Below the pieces are notes generated by a model that was not told the origin of the DNA, searched no databases, and worked only from the letters and a program-made list of their open reading frames with translations. Shown here one piece after another: positions 36,163 through 45,102 of a stretch of 64,000 nucleotides of DNA. The stretch covers positions 6,005-70,004 of the forward strand of contig JAFQMO010000154.1 in assembly GCA_017414385.1 (NCBI GenBank). The letters run 5' to 3'. Every line of letters starts with the position of its first letter. Position 1 is the stretch's first letter. The DNA comes from Clostridia bacterium. Lineage in GTDB: Bacteria > Bacillota > Clostridia > Oscillospirales > CAG-272. The translations under genes were made by a program, and so were the position numbers.

Positions 36163-37515
36163 ATGGTACAGGGAGCAACCTATGTATTACCGATCGCCCC
36201 CGCCGTTCCGCTTGAGGCGGTAAGGGAGATCATTTTTTCATTTGCAAACAAGCGGAAGGTCCTCGTACAGAAGCAGTATCCGGGCGAGGATACAGCGCTT
36301 CTCTCCGACGGGACCGTCGCCGTCTGTCTTTCACAGGAGGACACCGCGGCACTGACGGGAAAAACGGAGATCGAGGCGCAGTACATTTTCAAAAACGGCA
36401 CCGTTGCCAAAAGCGAGACTGCGCTCCGTTATTTTTCCCCGACGCTGTTCACAAAATTCACAGAGGCACACACAGACTATCTTTCTTCAAAAGATATGCT
36501 GTCCGTTCTTGAATTGAAGCCCGCAGAATCCTTTACGGTCGTCAACATCGGCATGCCGGGAAAGGACGGTGTGGGGATCGCTTCCGCGGAGCAGACAGAG
36601 ACCTCGCAGGAGAGCGGCGGCATCAACCGCTTCACGCTGTCACTGACAGACGGCACCGCGCACACCCTCGAGGTCCGAAACGGTCTTGACGGAAAGGACG
36701 GCGCTGACGGCAGAGACGGCATCTCCCTCCAACACGAATGGACAGGAACGGTGCTTTCCGTTACCTCCGAGGCAGGGACGAGTGCCGTCGATCTCGCAGG
36801 TCCCAGAGGACCGCAGGGCATTGCAGGAGATGTCGGTCCGCAGGGGCCTGAGGGTCCGCGCGGACCGGAGGGCCCGCAGGGGGCACCGGGTGTGCCCGGC
36901 GAGCGAGGCCCGAAGGGCGAGCAAGGCTTGCCCGGCGAGCAGGGTGTACCCGGCGAGACGGGACCTGCGGGCGAGCGGGGAGAGAGAGGCGAGACCGGCC
37001 CCGAGGGGCCTATGGGACCGCAAGGAGAAGCAGGACCCGCAGGTGCTGACGGCATCACCCCGCAGAAGGGCGTCGATTACTTCACAGAGGACGAGGTGAT
37101 CGCCTTTCAGAACGGCATTGCCAATCGCCTGACGGAGATCATCGGGGAGATCCCGCGCATCGAGATCGGCTGTTATGTCGGCACCGGAAGCTTCGGCAGC
37201 GAAAACGCCAACACCCTCTCCTTTGATTTCACACCGCGTCTTTGGGGCATTGCCTGCCACGGCAGCGCCACAAACGGAGACATTGCCAATCTTTCCGGAG
37301 TGTATTCCCATCCGCACATCTTTCCCTGGCAGGAAAGCGACACCTTCTGGGCAGACGTCGTCCAATATATGGGTACCAACGATGACGAAAACAAGGAGAT
37401 CTTCCTTCGATACAACGCAAACACCGTCACCTGGTACGCATCCGCGAGCGAGGGCTGCGAAACAGATCAGTTCAACGCCTCCCGTACTGCCTATTTTTAT
37501 TTTGCAATCGCATAA
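36163..37515 (+). CDS. collagen-like (Gly-X-Y) repeat protein, phage tail-fibre-like
   Basis: Full ORF, AAAAGGAG RBS. About 40 uninterrupted G-X-Y triplets (GPRGPQGIAGDVGPQGPEGPRGPEGPQGAPG...). Non-collagen N- and C-terminal domains. No signal peptide. Confidence 0.85.
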   Translation: MVQGATYVLPIAPAVPLEAVREIIFSFANKRKVLVQKQYPGEDTALLSDGTVAVCLSQEDTAALTGKTEIEAQYIFKNGTVAKSETALRYFSPTLFTKFTEAHTDYLSSKDMLSVLELKPAESFTVVNIGMPGKDGVGIASAEQTETSQESGGINRFTLSLTDGTAHTLEVRNGLDGKDGADGRDGISLQHEWTGTVLSVTSEAGTSAVDLAGPRGPQGIAGDVGPQGPEGPRGPEGPQGAPGVPGERGPKGEQGLPGEQGVPGETGPAGERGERGETGPEGPMGPQGEAGPAGADGITPQKGVDYFTEDEVIAFQNGIANRLTEIIGEIPRIEIGCYVGTGSFGSENANTLSFDFTPRLWGIACHGSATNGDIANLSGVYSHPHIFPWQESDTFWADVVQYMGTNDDENKEIFLRYNANTVTWYASASEGCETDQFNASRTAYFYFAIA

Positions 37516-37527
37516 AGGAGGCAGCAC

Positions 37528-37815
37528 ATGAAACGACTGATCGAGATCACAGCACAGAAAAACGGCGCGCACCGAAACCGCATCTGTTTTCAAAGGACCG
37601 TATCCGTCCCCGACGGATGGGCAGTCATTGCAGACGGTCTGCAGACGGAGAATTTTCCCTTCGGCGACGTCACGGTACGCGAGGAGGACGGTGTCATGAC
37701 CGTCACATCCTGGAATGCGCTTCCGCTCCCGCCCGTCTCCGAGGACGGAGAGGAACGCATCACAGCATCCGATATTTTGAATGTACTTTTGGGGGAGGAA
37801 GACCGTGAAGAATAA
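37528..37815 (+). CDS. small phage protein (XkdW-like position and size)
   Basis: Full ORF, 95 aa, AAAGGAGG RBS. Acidic C-terminus. Lies directly after the fibre gene. Confidence 0.6.
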   Translation: MKRLIEITAQKNGAHRNRICFQRTVSVPDGWAVIADGLQTENFPFGDVTVREEDGVMTVTSWNALPLPPVSEDGEERITASDILNVLLGEEDREE

Positions 37816-38245
37816 ATTGAAAAAAGCATCTCAGCTGCGCCGTCTCCTGCTTTTGAGCGCGCAGGGACTGGATACCGATGCGGCAATGCAGGTCGCCTGT
37901 ATTTTTGAGGCATGGGGCGCGGGGCGCGACTACACAGGCGGCGAATATTTCACCTACGGTGAGAACGCCGTCGGCGACCCGCAGCTGTACCGCGTCAACG
38001 AGGGTATGGCACATCGCAGCCGTGAGGAATGGATCCCCGGCACCGATGCCGCAGCCGCTCTTTACACTGCCATTGGTCTGGATACGGCGGGGTATCCCAT
38101 CTGGTCCGCACCGACGGGAGCACACGATGCATACGATCTTGGGGACACCGTCAATCACGGCGGCACGCTTTACGTATCCGAGATCGACGGAAACTGCACA
38201 GCTCCGGGGGAGGATTCGCGCTTCTGGCGTATCCTTACCCGCTGA
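37805..38245 (+). CDS. phage-associated protein with two CBM5/12-like carbohydrate-binding repeats
   Basis: Part of track ORF 37781..38245(+). GTG 37805 follows GGGGGAGGAAG and overlaps the upstream stop. Two W..x..Y..GD.V.Y.G..Y-type repeats (EAWGAGRDYTGGEYFTYG...; WSAPTGAHDAYDLGDTVNHGGTLYV). Confidence 0.62.
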   Translation: MKNKLKKASQLRRLLLLSAQGLDTDAAMQVACIFEAWGAGRDYTGGEYFTYGENAVGDPQLYRVNEGMAHRSREEWIPGTDAAAALYTAIGLDTAGYPIWSAPTGAHDAYDLGDTVNHGGTLYVSEIDGNCTAPGEDSRFWRILTR

Positions 38246-38274
38246 TCTGTCATCAAAAGGGGGACATATCACTG

Positions 38275-38490
38275 ATGAAGCATATACTGACATGGGCATG
38301 GCTGCGCGCTGCGCTGATCCGTGCCGTAAGGACCGTTGCACAGAGCGCCGCAGCCACGATCGGCTGTGCCGCTGTGCTTGGCGATGTCGATTGGTGCATG
38401 ACGGCATCTGCCGCCGTGCTTGCAGGCATTTTATCTCTTCTGACCTCCGTTGCGGGACTTCCTGAGGTCGGAGAGGAGGCAGATACATGA
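38275..38490 (+). CDS. holin (r1t-holin-like, 2 TM, 71 aa)
   Basis: 3' part of track ORF 38029..38490(+). Start at ATG 38275 (MKHILTWAWLRAALIRAVRTVAQSAAATIG), AAAAGGGGGA upstream. Two hydrophobic helices and an acidic tail. Confidence 0.7.
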   Translation: MKHILTWAWLRAALIRAVRTVAQSAAATIGCAAVLGDVDWCMTASAAVLAGILSLLTSVAGLPEVGEEADT

Positions 38491-38735
38491 GTGCAGGATC
38501 TGTCATTGCGCTGATCGGTCTGATCCTCTCCTTCGTCATTGCGTTTGCTCGCTTTGTGGCGGGCCTTGCGGAATTCTCCGCTGCAGTCCGTTCGCTGACG
38601 GAGGAGGTCAAATCCATCAAGCGCGCATCACAAAAGGAGCACGACGAGCTTTGGCAGACACTGGACCGCCACGAGGATCGTATCCGCCATCTTGAGCTTG
38701 AGGGCAGACACCCCGAAGGAGGATATCTTGACTGA
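38487..38735 (+). CDS. small N-terminal-TM / coiled-coil protein of the lysis module
   Basis: Full ORF, 82 aa. The ATG overlaps the holin stop (ATGA). TM helix VIALIGLILSFVIAFARFVAGL, then a charged helix. Confidence 0.62.
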   Translation: MSAGSVIALIGLILSFVIAFARFVAGLAEFSAAVRSLTEEVKSIKRASQKEHDELWQTLDRHEDRIRHLELEGRHPEGGYLD

Positions 38736-39537
38736 CAATCGAAAAATCGGCATCGACATCTCGACCTATCAGAAATCGGCAGACTGGGGCAGGGCTGCGG
38801 CGGACGGCATCTCCTTTGCCATGATCAAGGCAACGCAGGGGCGCTCGGAGGGCGATGCATCGCTGTATCTGTTTACCGACAGCTGCTTTGAGCAGAACAT
38901 CCTGGGTGCCGCCGAAAACGGCATCGCCTGCGGTGTTTACCACTATCTGACCGCCTCCGACACGGCAGGTGCGCTGGAGGAGGCGGATTATTTTCTGTCT
39001 GTCATCGCGCCGTTTCGCCGTCAGATCACCCTTTATGCCGCCGTCGATGTGGAATCCAAATATCTGCCGACGGACAAGGCACGTCTGACGGAGATCACAG
39101 ACGTTTTCTGTGCCCGTGTGGAGGCAGCGGGATTTGTACCGATGGTCTACACCAACCCCGCGTTTCTTGCCAACCGTCTCGGCGATATCGGAAAATGGAA
39201 GCTTTGGCTTGCACTCTGGCGTGATCGGTCGCAGCTTCCCGATCCTGCCTGCTATCCGAATCTCACCCTATGGCAGTGGGGTGCGGAAAACCGCAGCTGG
39301 GTCGGCGGATCGGGTGCGGTTGCACTCAATCTCGATCTCAGCGAGGAGGCAATGGACACGGACACCGTATCCGACTGGGCGGTACAGGCCATGGCATGGG
39401 CGGAGGAGGCAGGGCTTTTCATCGGAGACGAAAACGGTGCGCTGCGCCCCGGTCAGCCGATCACAAGAGAACAGGCAGCACTTCTGTTTTTCCGTTTTTT
39501 GGATTATCTCAAGGGGCAATCTCATCTTTTCCGCTAA
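38728..39537 (+). CDS. GH25 muramidase (endolysin) with C-terminal SLH-like wall-binding repeat
   Basis: Track ORF 38692..39537(+). TTG 38728 follows GAAGGAGG by 5 nt and overlaps the upstream stop. GH25 motifs GIDISTYQ, FAMIKATQG, GVYHY, LWQWG. C-terminal SDWAVQAMAWAEEAGLFIGDENGALRPGQPITREQAALLFFRF. Confidence 0.85.
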   Translation: MTDNRKIGIDISTYQKSADWGRAAADGISFAMIKATQGRSEGDASLYLFTDSCFEQNILGAAENGIACGVYHYLTASDTAGALEEADYFLSVIAPFRRQITLYAAVDVESKYLPTDKARLTEITDVFCARVEAAGFVPMVYTNPAFLANRLGDIGKWKLWLALWRDRSQLPDPACYPNLTLWQWGAENRSWVGGSGAVALNLDLSEEAMDTDTVSDWAVQAMAWAEEAGLFIGDENGALRPGQPITREQAALLFFRFLDYLKGQSHLFR

Positions 39538-39550
39538 AGTCTTTTCCGGA

Positions 39551-39581
39551 CACCGCCGCATTTGCGGCGGTGCTTTTTTTG
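39551..39581 (+). terminator. terminator after the endolysin gene
   Basis: caccgccgca-tt-tgcggcggtg followed by CTTTTTTTG. Confidence 0.85.
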
Positions 39582-39621
39582 TTCTCCCCGACACTGCAGC
39601 GGAAAGCCTCGCCGATCCCCG

Positions 39622-39652
39622 GGTCATTTGCAGTCGCAAATGACCTTTTTCT
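39622..39652 (+). terminator. second, orphan terminator-like hairpin
   Basis: ggtcatttgc-agtc-gcaaatgacc followed by TTTTTCTT, 40 nt after the first terminator. No ORF lies between them. Confidence 0.55.
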
Positions 39653-39824
39653 TGCGTGCGGCACATCCAATCACCTGCAAAGCATCTCCTCTCATCCACG
39701 CTCCAATATAACTGCTCTGCCGCCGCGCAAGAGGACCGCCGCCGCAGGCGGCGCGGGGATCGGCGCCCCCTCCTCTTCTGCACCCGCAAAGCGTGTGAAG
39801 ACGACAAAAAACATCGGTTTTTCA

Positions 39825-39853
39825 TTGACAAACCATGGCAACTGTTGTATAAT
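39825..39853 (+). promoter_or_regulatory. perfect consensus promoter TTGACA-17-TATAAT of the MBOAT cassette
   Basis: TTGACA 39825-39830, 17-nt spacer ending TG, TATAAT 39848-39853. Confidence 0.65.
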
Positions 39854-39902
39854 AGTACTGTATGTTTTTTCTCGGAATCATGAAGCTTAAAGGAGTCCTC
39901 AC

Positions 39903-41285
39903 ATGCTGTTTGCTGACCTTTTTTTCCTTTTTTTGTTTCTCCCCCTCTGCTTGACCGCGTACTTTTCAAGTAAAAATGTGAAGTGGCGTAACCTCGTGCT
40001 CATCGTCTTTTCCCTTGTCTTTTACGCATGGGGCGAGCCCTTTTACGTCCTTCTTCTGATCTTATCCGTCGTGATCAATTATCTTCTCGGACGTGTCATC
40101 GGTTCTCCGTCCGCATCGCAAACAAAGAAAAAAGCCGCCGTTCTCGGTGCCGTCATCACCGATCTTGCACTGCTCGGCGTATTCAAATACAGCGGATTTC
40201 TTGTGGAAAATCTCAATCTGATCCTCCCCGTGGATCTGCCCGTCCCCGCGATCCGTCTCCCCATCGGTATCTCCTTCTATACCTTCCAGGCCATCTCCTA
40301 TGTCGTCGATGTCTATTGGGAGAGAACGGAGATGCAGAAAAGCTTTTGGAAATTCCTTCTGTATATCTCCATGTTTCCGCAGCTCATTGCAGGCCCCATC
40401 GTCCGCTATACCGACATTGCCGCCGAGATCGACGAGCGCCATGCAAGTGTGGATGATATATACGCCGGCATGATCCGCGTCATCTGCGGTCTTGCAAAAA
40501 AGGTCGTCATCGCAAATTCGCTCAGCACCGTCGTTGAGGGGATCTTCGCAGGCCCCATGACCTTGCTTGCCGCATGGACGGGTGCTGCCGTATTTGCTCT
40601 GCAGGTCTACTTTGACTTCTCCGGCTATTCCGATTTCGCCATCGGTCTCGGACGGATCTTCGGCTTCCACTTCAACGAGAACTTCAACTATCCCTTTGTC
40701 AGCACCACCATCGGTGAATTCTGGCAGCGCTGGCATATTTCCCTGGGCTCCTTCTTCCGCGATTATCTGCTCATGATCCCCATCTTCGGCAAACGACGCG
40801 GTTATCTGAACCTATTCATCGTTTGGTTCTGCACCGGTCTCTGGCACGGCGCAAGCTGGAATTTTATCCTTTGGGGCGTCTATTTCGGTCTGTTCATTTT
40901 AGCGGAAAGTCTGATCGGCAAAAAGAAGCTCAAAAGGGTTCCGCGTCCCCTCATGCATATCTATACGAAGCTTGTGCTCATCGTCGGCTTCGGTATCTTC
41001 TATTTTGAGGACATCGGTGCGCTCGGCACCTTCTTTGGCGGGCTTGTCGGCGTCGGCGGTCTTTACAATAAGCTGACCATGAATGTCATCGTCAACAACT
41101 GCTTCCTCATTGCCGCAGCGATCCTGCTCTCCCTGCCCGTTCTTTCCTATCTGCGCAGGAAGCTTCCCGCAGAATCCCGCACGCTTGTGATCTGCGAATC
41201 GGTCTGCTGTGTCGTTCTGCTCTTTTTGTCCGCGACGATGCTTGTCAACGCCACCAACAATCCCTTTTTGTATTTCAGATGGTAA
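39903..41285 (+). CDS. MBOAT-family membrane O-acyltransferase (DltB/AlgI-like)
   Basis: Full ORF, AAAGGAG RBS. Polytopic. MBOAT hallmarks (FYTFQAISYVVDVY, FPQLIAGPIVR, FWQRWHISLGSFFRDY, WHGASWNF with the conserved His). Confidence 0.93.
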   Translation: MLFADLFFLFLFLPLCLTAYFSSKNVKWRNLVLIVFSLVFYAWGEPFYVLLLILSVVINYLLGRVIGSPSASQTKKKAAVLGAVITDLALLGVFKYSGFLVENLNLILPVDLPVPAIRLPIGISFYTFQAISYVVDVYWERTEMQKSFWKFLLYISMFPQLIAGPIVRYTDIAAEIDERHASVDDIYAGMIRVICGLAKKVVIANSLSTVVEGIFAGPMTLLAAWTGAAVFALQVYFDFSGYSDFAIGLGRIFGFHFNENFNYPFVSTTIGEFWQRWHISLGSFFRDYLLMIPIFGKRRGYLNLFIVWFCTGLWHGASWNFILWGVYFGLFILAESLIGKKKLKRVPRPLMHIYTKLVLIVGFGIFYFEDIGALGTFFGGLVGVGGLYNKLTMNVIVNNCFLIAAAILLSLPVLSYLRRKLPAESRTLVICESVCCVVLLFLSATMLVNATNNPFLYFRW

Positions 41286-41303
41286 GAAACGGAGGTCCAT
41301 GCT

Positions 41304-42998
41304 ATGAAAACACTGAAAACCGTCATCATTGCCGCCGTTTCCTGTCTTGTGCTCGCTGTGGGCGTTCTGCTGTGCGTTCTGCCCCGTCCCACTTACTCCG
41401 ATACCGAAAAAAGGCCGCTTGCATCGTTCCCAACCTTTTCCGTCGAGTCATATCTGTCCGGTGATTTCACCTCCGGCATCAACGCTTATTACAATGACAC
41501 CATTCCCGGCCGCGATTTCTTCAAGGACCTGACCGGCCGTATCTCCAAGCTGTTCGGTCTGCGTCCCGATGACGTCAAGATCTATATTCCAAACGGCGGA
41601 AACGGACTGCTTGAGGGCGACGAGGAGACCACAGAGGATCCGTATGCGGTCACCATGCCCGAGGATGCGGAGCCCGCGCTGCCCAATGCGCCCAAGGACA
41701 CCGAGGAGGCAACGGATACCGAGCCCGTCGACACAGAGGCCCCCGTTACCGAGGAGCCCGGCACCGACACCGCCCCCGTCACAAACGATCCCGCCGAGAC
41801 AGAGGACATTGAAACAGAGCCTGTCGGCACCATCCTTGCCGTTGTCATCGACAAAACACATCTGGATCTGTACACCGACAGAGAATACACCTTCGACGTC
41901 CGTCTCAGACAGCAGGGTACCCCCGAGGACCGCACCGTCACCATCACCGCAGATCCTCCCTATATCGTTTCCATCGACGGCTTCACGGTTCGCGGCATAC
42001 AGCAGGGCGAGACAACACTCACCTTCTCTGCCGCAAACGGCGTCACAACGACCTGTACGGTCAGCGTTACCATCGATCCCAACCGCGATACGGGCGCCGT
42101 GGTCGACGATTATCTGGCGCAGTACGGCGTCATCATCTCCGGTACCCGCGCCATGTCCTTGTACGGCGGAAGCTATAACTCCGCGCGTACCTATATGGCA
42201 TCGCTTGAATCCTACTACCAGGATCTTGGCGGCGAGGTCAATGTCTATTCCATGGTCATCCCCACCGCAAGCGAATTCTACTGTCCCGACAGCTACGCCT
42301 CCTACAATGCAAGCCAGCAGAAGATGTGCAATTATATCCGCGACAATTTAAGCGGCAATGTCCGCCATGTCGAGGTCTATACGCCTCTGTCGGAGCACTG
42401 CGATGAGGATATCTACCTGCGCACCGACCACCATTGGGCACCGCTCGGCGCATACTATGCCGCAAAGGCGTTTGCAGAGACGGCCGGCGTTCCGTTTGCA
42501 GATCTGTCCACCTTCAATGAGCACGTCATCGAGGGCTTCCTCGGCACTATGTACTCCGTCTATACGCAGGACCCGATCCTTCTGGAAAATCCCGAGGACT
42601 TCGTTTACTATACACCCAATAACGTCAGCTATACAACGACCTATCAGAAGCCTGACGGTACCGGTCTTTATACAAGCGCATTCTTTATCCCGATGAGCTC
42701 CCGCGGCGGTGCGTACTGCACCTTCATGGGCGGCGATGACAAGATCACGCACGTCTCCACGCAGGCAGGCACGGGCAGAAAGCTCGTCATCATCAAGGAA
42801 AGCTTCGGCAACGCGCTCCCCGGCTACCTCTTCGGCTCCTTTGATGATATCTATATCATCGACCTGCGCTATTTTGCGCTCAACACCATCGAATTTATCA
42901 AGGAAACGGGTGCCACGGATCTTCTCTTTGCGACCTGTACCTTTACGGCAACCGGCCCCGCAAGTCTGTTTGAAAGAATGCGTGTGCAGGCACCCTGA
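41304..42998 (+). CDS. DHHW-family extracytoplasmic protein (AlgJ/AlgX-type SGNH-like) with acidic linker and Big_2-like Ig domain
   Basis: Full ORF. N-terminal signal anchor. E/T/P/D-rich linker. Ig-like segment (TVTITADPPYIVSIDGFTVRGIQQGETTLTFSAANGVTTTCTVSV). YLRTDHHWAPLGAYYAAKAF motif. Confidence 0.88.
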   Translation: MKTLKTVIIAAVSCLVLAVGVLLCVLPRPTYSDTEKRPLASFPTFSVESYLSGDFTSGINAYYNDTIPGRDFFKDLTGRISKLFGLRPDDVKIYIPNGGNGLLEGDEETTEDPYAVTMPEDAEPALPNAPKDTEEATDTEPVDTEAPVTEEPGTDTAPVTNDPAETEDIETEPVGTILAVVIDKTHLDLYTDREYTFDVRLRQQGTPEDRTVTITADPPYIVSIDGFTVRGIQQGETTLTFSAANGVTTTCTVSVTIDPNRDTGAVVDDYLAQYGVIISGTRAMSLYGGSYNSARTYMASLESYYQDLGGEVNVYSMVIPTASEFYCPDSYASYNASQQKMCNYIRDNLSGNVRHVEVYTPLSEHCDEDIYLRTDHHWAPLGAYYAAKAFAETAGVPFADLSTFNEHVIEGFLGTMYSVYTQDPILLENPEDFVYYTPNNVSYTTTYQKPDGTGLYTSAFFIPMSSRGGAYCTFMGGDDKITHVSTQAGTGRKLVIIKESFGNALPGYLFGSFDDIYIIDLRYFALNTIEFIKETGATDLLFATCTFTATGPASLFERMRVQAP

Positions 42999-43045
42999 TC
43001 GGCACGGCACGCCGCACAACGATACCAAAGGAGGACGATCCCATC

Positions 43046-44791
43046 ATGTCCGAGCCTATCACCTATAAAACGCTTGAACGTGCAGCAAAGCAGCACACAG
43101 GCACACCGATCTCCGTCGCCGTTCTCGGAAACGCCGCAACACAGCGCCTCTCCCGGGCGTTCGCGGGCGCGCTCTCCCTCTCCGGCTTCGATGTCACCTG
43201 CTTTGACGCGGGCTACGATCAGATCGATGCGCAGATTCTTGACACCGACTCCGAGCTCTACCGCGCGGACCCTGCATATATTCTTCTGTTTCTCTGTGCG
43301 GAAAAGCTGCTCGATGCCTTCCGTACAACACCGACGGCAGAGCGTCCGCTTTTTGCGGAGCACATGGCGGATCGGATCCGCTCCTATCTTGCGCTGATCG
43401 AATCCCGTCTGCGCGCAACGGTTTTTCTCTGTGACATTCCCGCTCATGACGACGGCGTTTTCGGCGACTATGCCTATTCTCAGCCAATGTCCTTCCCTTA
43501 TCAGATGCGTAAGCTCAATTTCCTGCTCTCCGAAACGGCGGCGGCAGACAAGCATCTGCGCATCGTGCCGCTCTCCCTCATCATGGCGCAGCACGGCAAT
43601 ACCGCACGGGATGAGAGAATGTACCTTGCGGCAAGAATGGCCATCTCCGATTCGGTAACGGCAGACCTTGCCCTCCGTGTGGCGCGTGAGATCTCGATCT
43701 TGCGCGGTGCGATCAAAAAGGCGGTCATTCTCGACCTTGACAACACCCTTTGGGGCGGTGTCATCGGTGACGACGGCCCGGACGGCATTGCGCTCGGCGA
43801 GCTTGGCGAGGGACGCGCCTTCACTGCCATGCAGTCCTGGCTGAAGGAGCTCCGTATGCGCGGCATCATCCTTGCCGTCTGCTCCAAAAACGAGGAGGAG
43901 GCTGCCCGTCTGCCCTTCACCTCCCACCCCGATATGATCCTGCGCACAGACGACATCTCCGTCTTCTGCGCCAACTGGAACGACAAGGCCTCCAACATTG
44001 CCGCTATTCAGAAGACATTGAACATCGGCTTTGATTCGATGGTCTTTCTTGACGACAATCCCTTCGAGCGCGAGCAGGTCAAGGCGGTCCATCCGACGGT
44101 GACCGTTCCCGAGCTGCCCGAGGATCCCGCTATGCGTCTGCCGTATCTGCTTTCTCTCAATCTCTTCGGCACATCCTCCTATTCCGATGATGATGCCAAC
44201 CGTACGGCACAGTATATTGCGGAGGCTGCACGCGTCAAGTCGGCGCAGTCCTTTGCCGATTACGGCGAATACCTGAAAAGTCTGCAGATGCAGGCAGAGG
44301 TCACGCCGTTTGTCCCATATTGGTATGAACGCATCGCCGAGCTCTCCCAGCGCTCCAATCAGTTCAACCTCCGTACCCTGCGCATGACCGCAGCAGACGT
44401 CGAGCACTACGCCTCCAACGAGGACTATATCACCCTCGCCTTTACGCTTGCCGATAAATTCGGCTCGCACGGACTGATCTCCGTCGTATTGCTGAAGCGG
44501 ATCCCCGAGGGTTGGTTTATCGAAAACTGGTTCATGAGCTGCCGTGTTCTCAAGCGCGGCATGGAGGATTTTATCCTCGGCACGCTGATCGAAAAAACGG
44601 GCGGCGCTCTGTACGGGGAATACATTCCCACAAAGAAAAACGCATTGGTCGCATCCCTGCTTGATTCGCTCGGATTTGAGATGTACGAAATCGACGAAAC
44701 GGGAAAAAAGCAATACGTTCTGCCTGCGGGATGTGCGGCAAAGCCGACCCATATCAAAGGAACGGCTCCGGATCCCGGACAAAACGCGTGA
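43046..44791 (+). CDS. FkbH-like HAD-IIIC family protein (putative ACP-loading enzyme)
   Basis: Full ORF, AAAGGAGG RBS. HAD motifs VILDLDNTLWGGVIGDDG, LAVCSKNEE, VFLDDNPFERE. C-terminal FMSCRVLKRGMEDF, as in FkbH-type proteins. Confidence 0.88.
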   Translation: MSEPITYKTLERAAKQHTGTPISVAVLGNAATQRLSRAFAGALSLSGFDVTCFDAGYDQIDAQILDTDSELYRADPAYILLFLCAEKLLDAFRTTPTAERPLFAEHMADRIRSYLALIESRLRATVFLCDIPAHDDGVFGDYAYSQPMSFPYQMRKLNFLLSETAAADKHLRIVPLSLIMAQHGNTARDERMYLAARMAISDSVTADLALRVAREISILRGAIKKAVILDLDNTLWGGVIGDDGPDGIALGELGEGRAFTAMQSWLKELRMRGIILAVCSKNEEEAARLPFTSHPDMILRTDDISVFCANWNDKASNIAAIQKTLNIGFDSMVFLDDNPFEREQVKAVHPTVTVPELPEDPAMRLPYLLSLNLFGTSSYSDDDANRTAQYIAEAARVKSAQSFADYGEYLKSLQMQAEVTPFVPYWYERIAELSQRSNQFNLRTLRMTAADVEHYASNEDYITLAFTLADKFGSHGLISVVLLKRIPEGWFIENWFMSCRVLKRGMEDFILGTLIEKTGGALYGEYIPTKKNALVASLLDSLGFEMYEIDETGKKQYVLPAGCAAKPTHIKGTAPDPGQNA

Positions 44792-44835
44792 TCCCCCTTA
44801 TTTCACAAATATACAATGGAAAGGAATTTACCGAT

Positions 44836-45078
44836 ATGACAAGAGAAGCCGTTATCGAAAAACTGAATGAGATCTTCCGCGACGTCTTTGACGACGAGTC
44901 CATCGAGGTCACCGACGAGATGACCGCCGAGGACATCGAGGACTGGGACTCCCTTACCCACCTCACCATGATCAGCGAGGTGGAAAGCGCCTTCGGTATG
45001 CGCTTCAAGATGAAGGACATCTCTACGATGAAGAACGTCGGCGAGATGATCGCCATCATTTGTGCAAGCACGAACTGA
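44836..45078 (+). CDS. acyl carrier protein (stand-alone, 80 aa)
   Basis: 3' part of track ORF 44731..45078(+). Start at ATG 44836 (MTREAVIEKLNEIFRDVF), GGAAAGGAA upstream. Phosphopantetheine-site motif DWDSLTHL. Confidence 0.88.
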   Translation: MTREAVIEKLNEIFRDVFDDESIEVTDEMTAEDIEDWDSLTHLTMISEVESAFGMRFKMKDISTMKNVGEMIAIICASTN

Positions 45079-45102
45079 TCCTCCCTCATAGCAACAGCCG
45101 GA

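Larger units (their letters stand above)
36163..39537 (+). mobile_element. orphan prophage-derived tail-fibre plus lysis module (six genes); no integrase, capsid or tail genes in the window
   Basis: Gene content and order resemble the right end of PBSX-like or siphophage prophages: fibre, XkdW-like, CBM-repeat protein, holin, small TM/coiled-coil protein, endolysin. Starts and stops overlap. Housekeeping genes flank both sides. Confidence 0.55.

Noticed and set aside
36690-37060. Periodic 9-bp Gly-X-Y DNA pattern as a possible non-coding repeat or CRISPR-like array
   Set aside because: The periodicity is codon-level (GGN NNN NNN) within an open, RBS-preceded frame. No repeat/spacer organisation is present and no cas genes are nearby.
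42869-44782. 637-aa minus-strand ORF
   Set aside because: It is antisense to the DHHW and FkbH-like genes, which carry clear motifs. There is no RBS.
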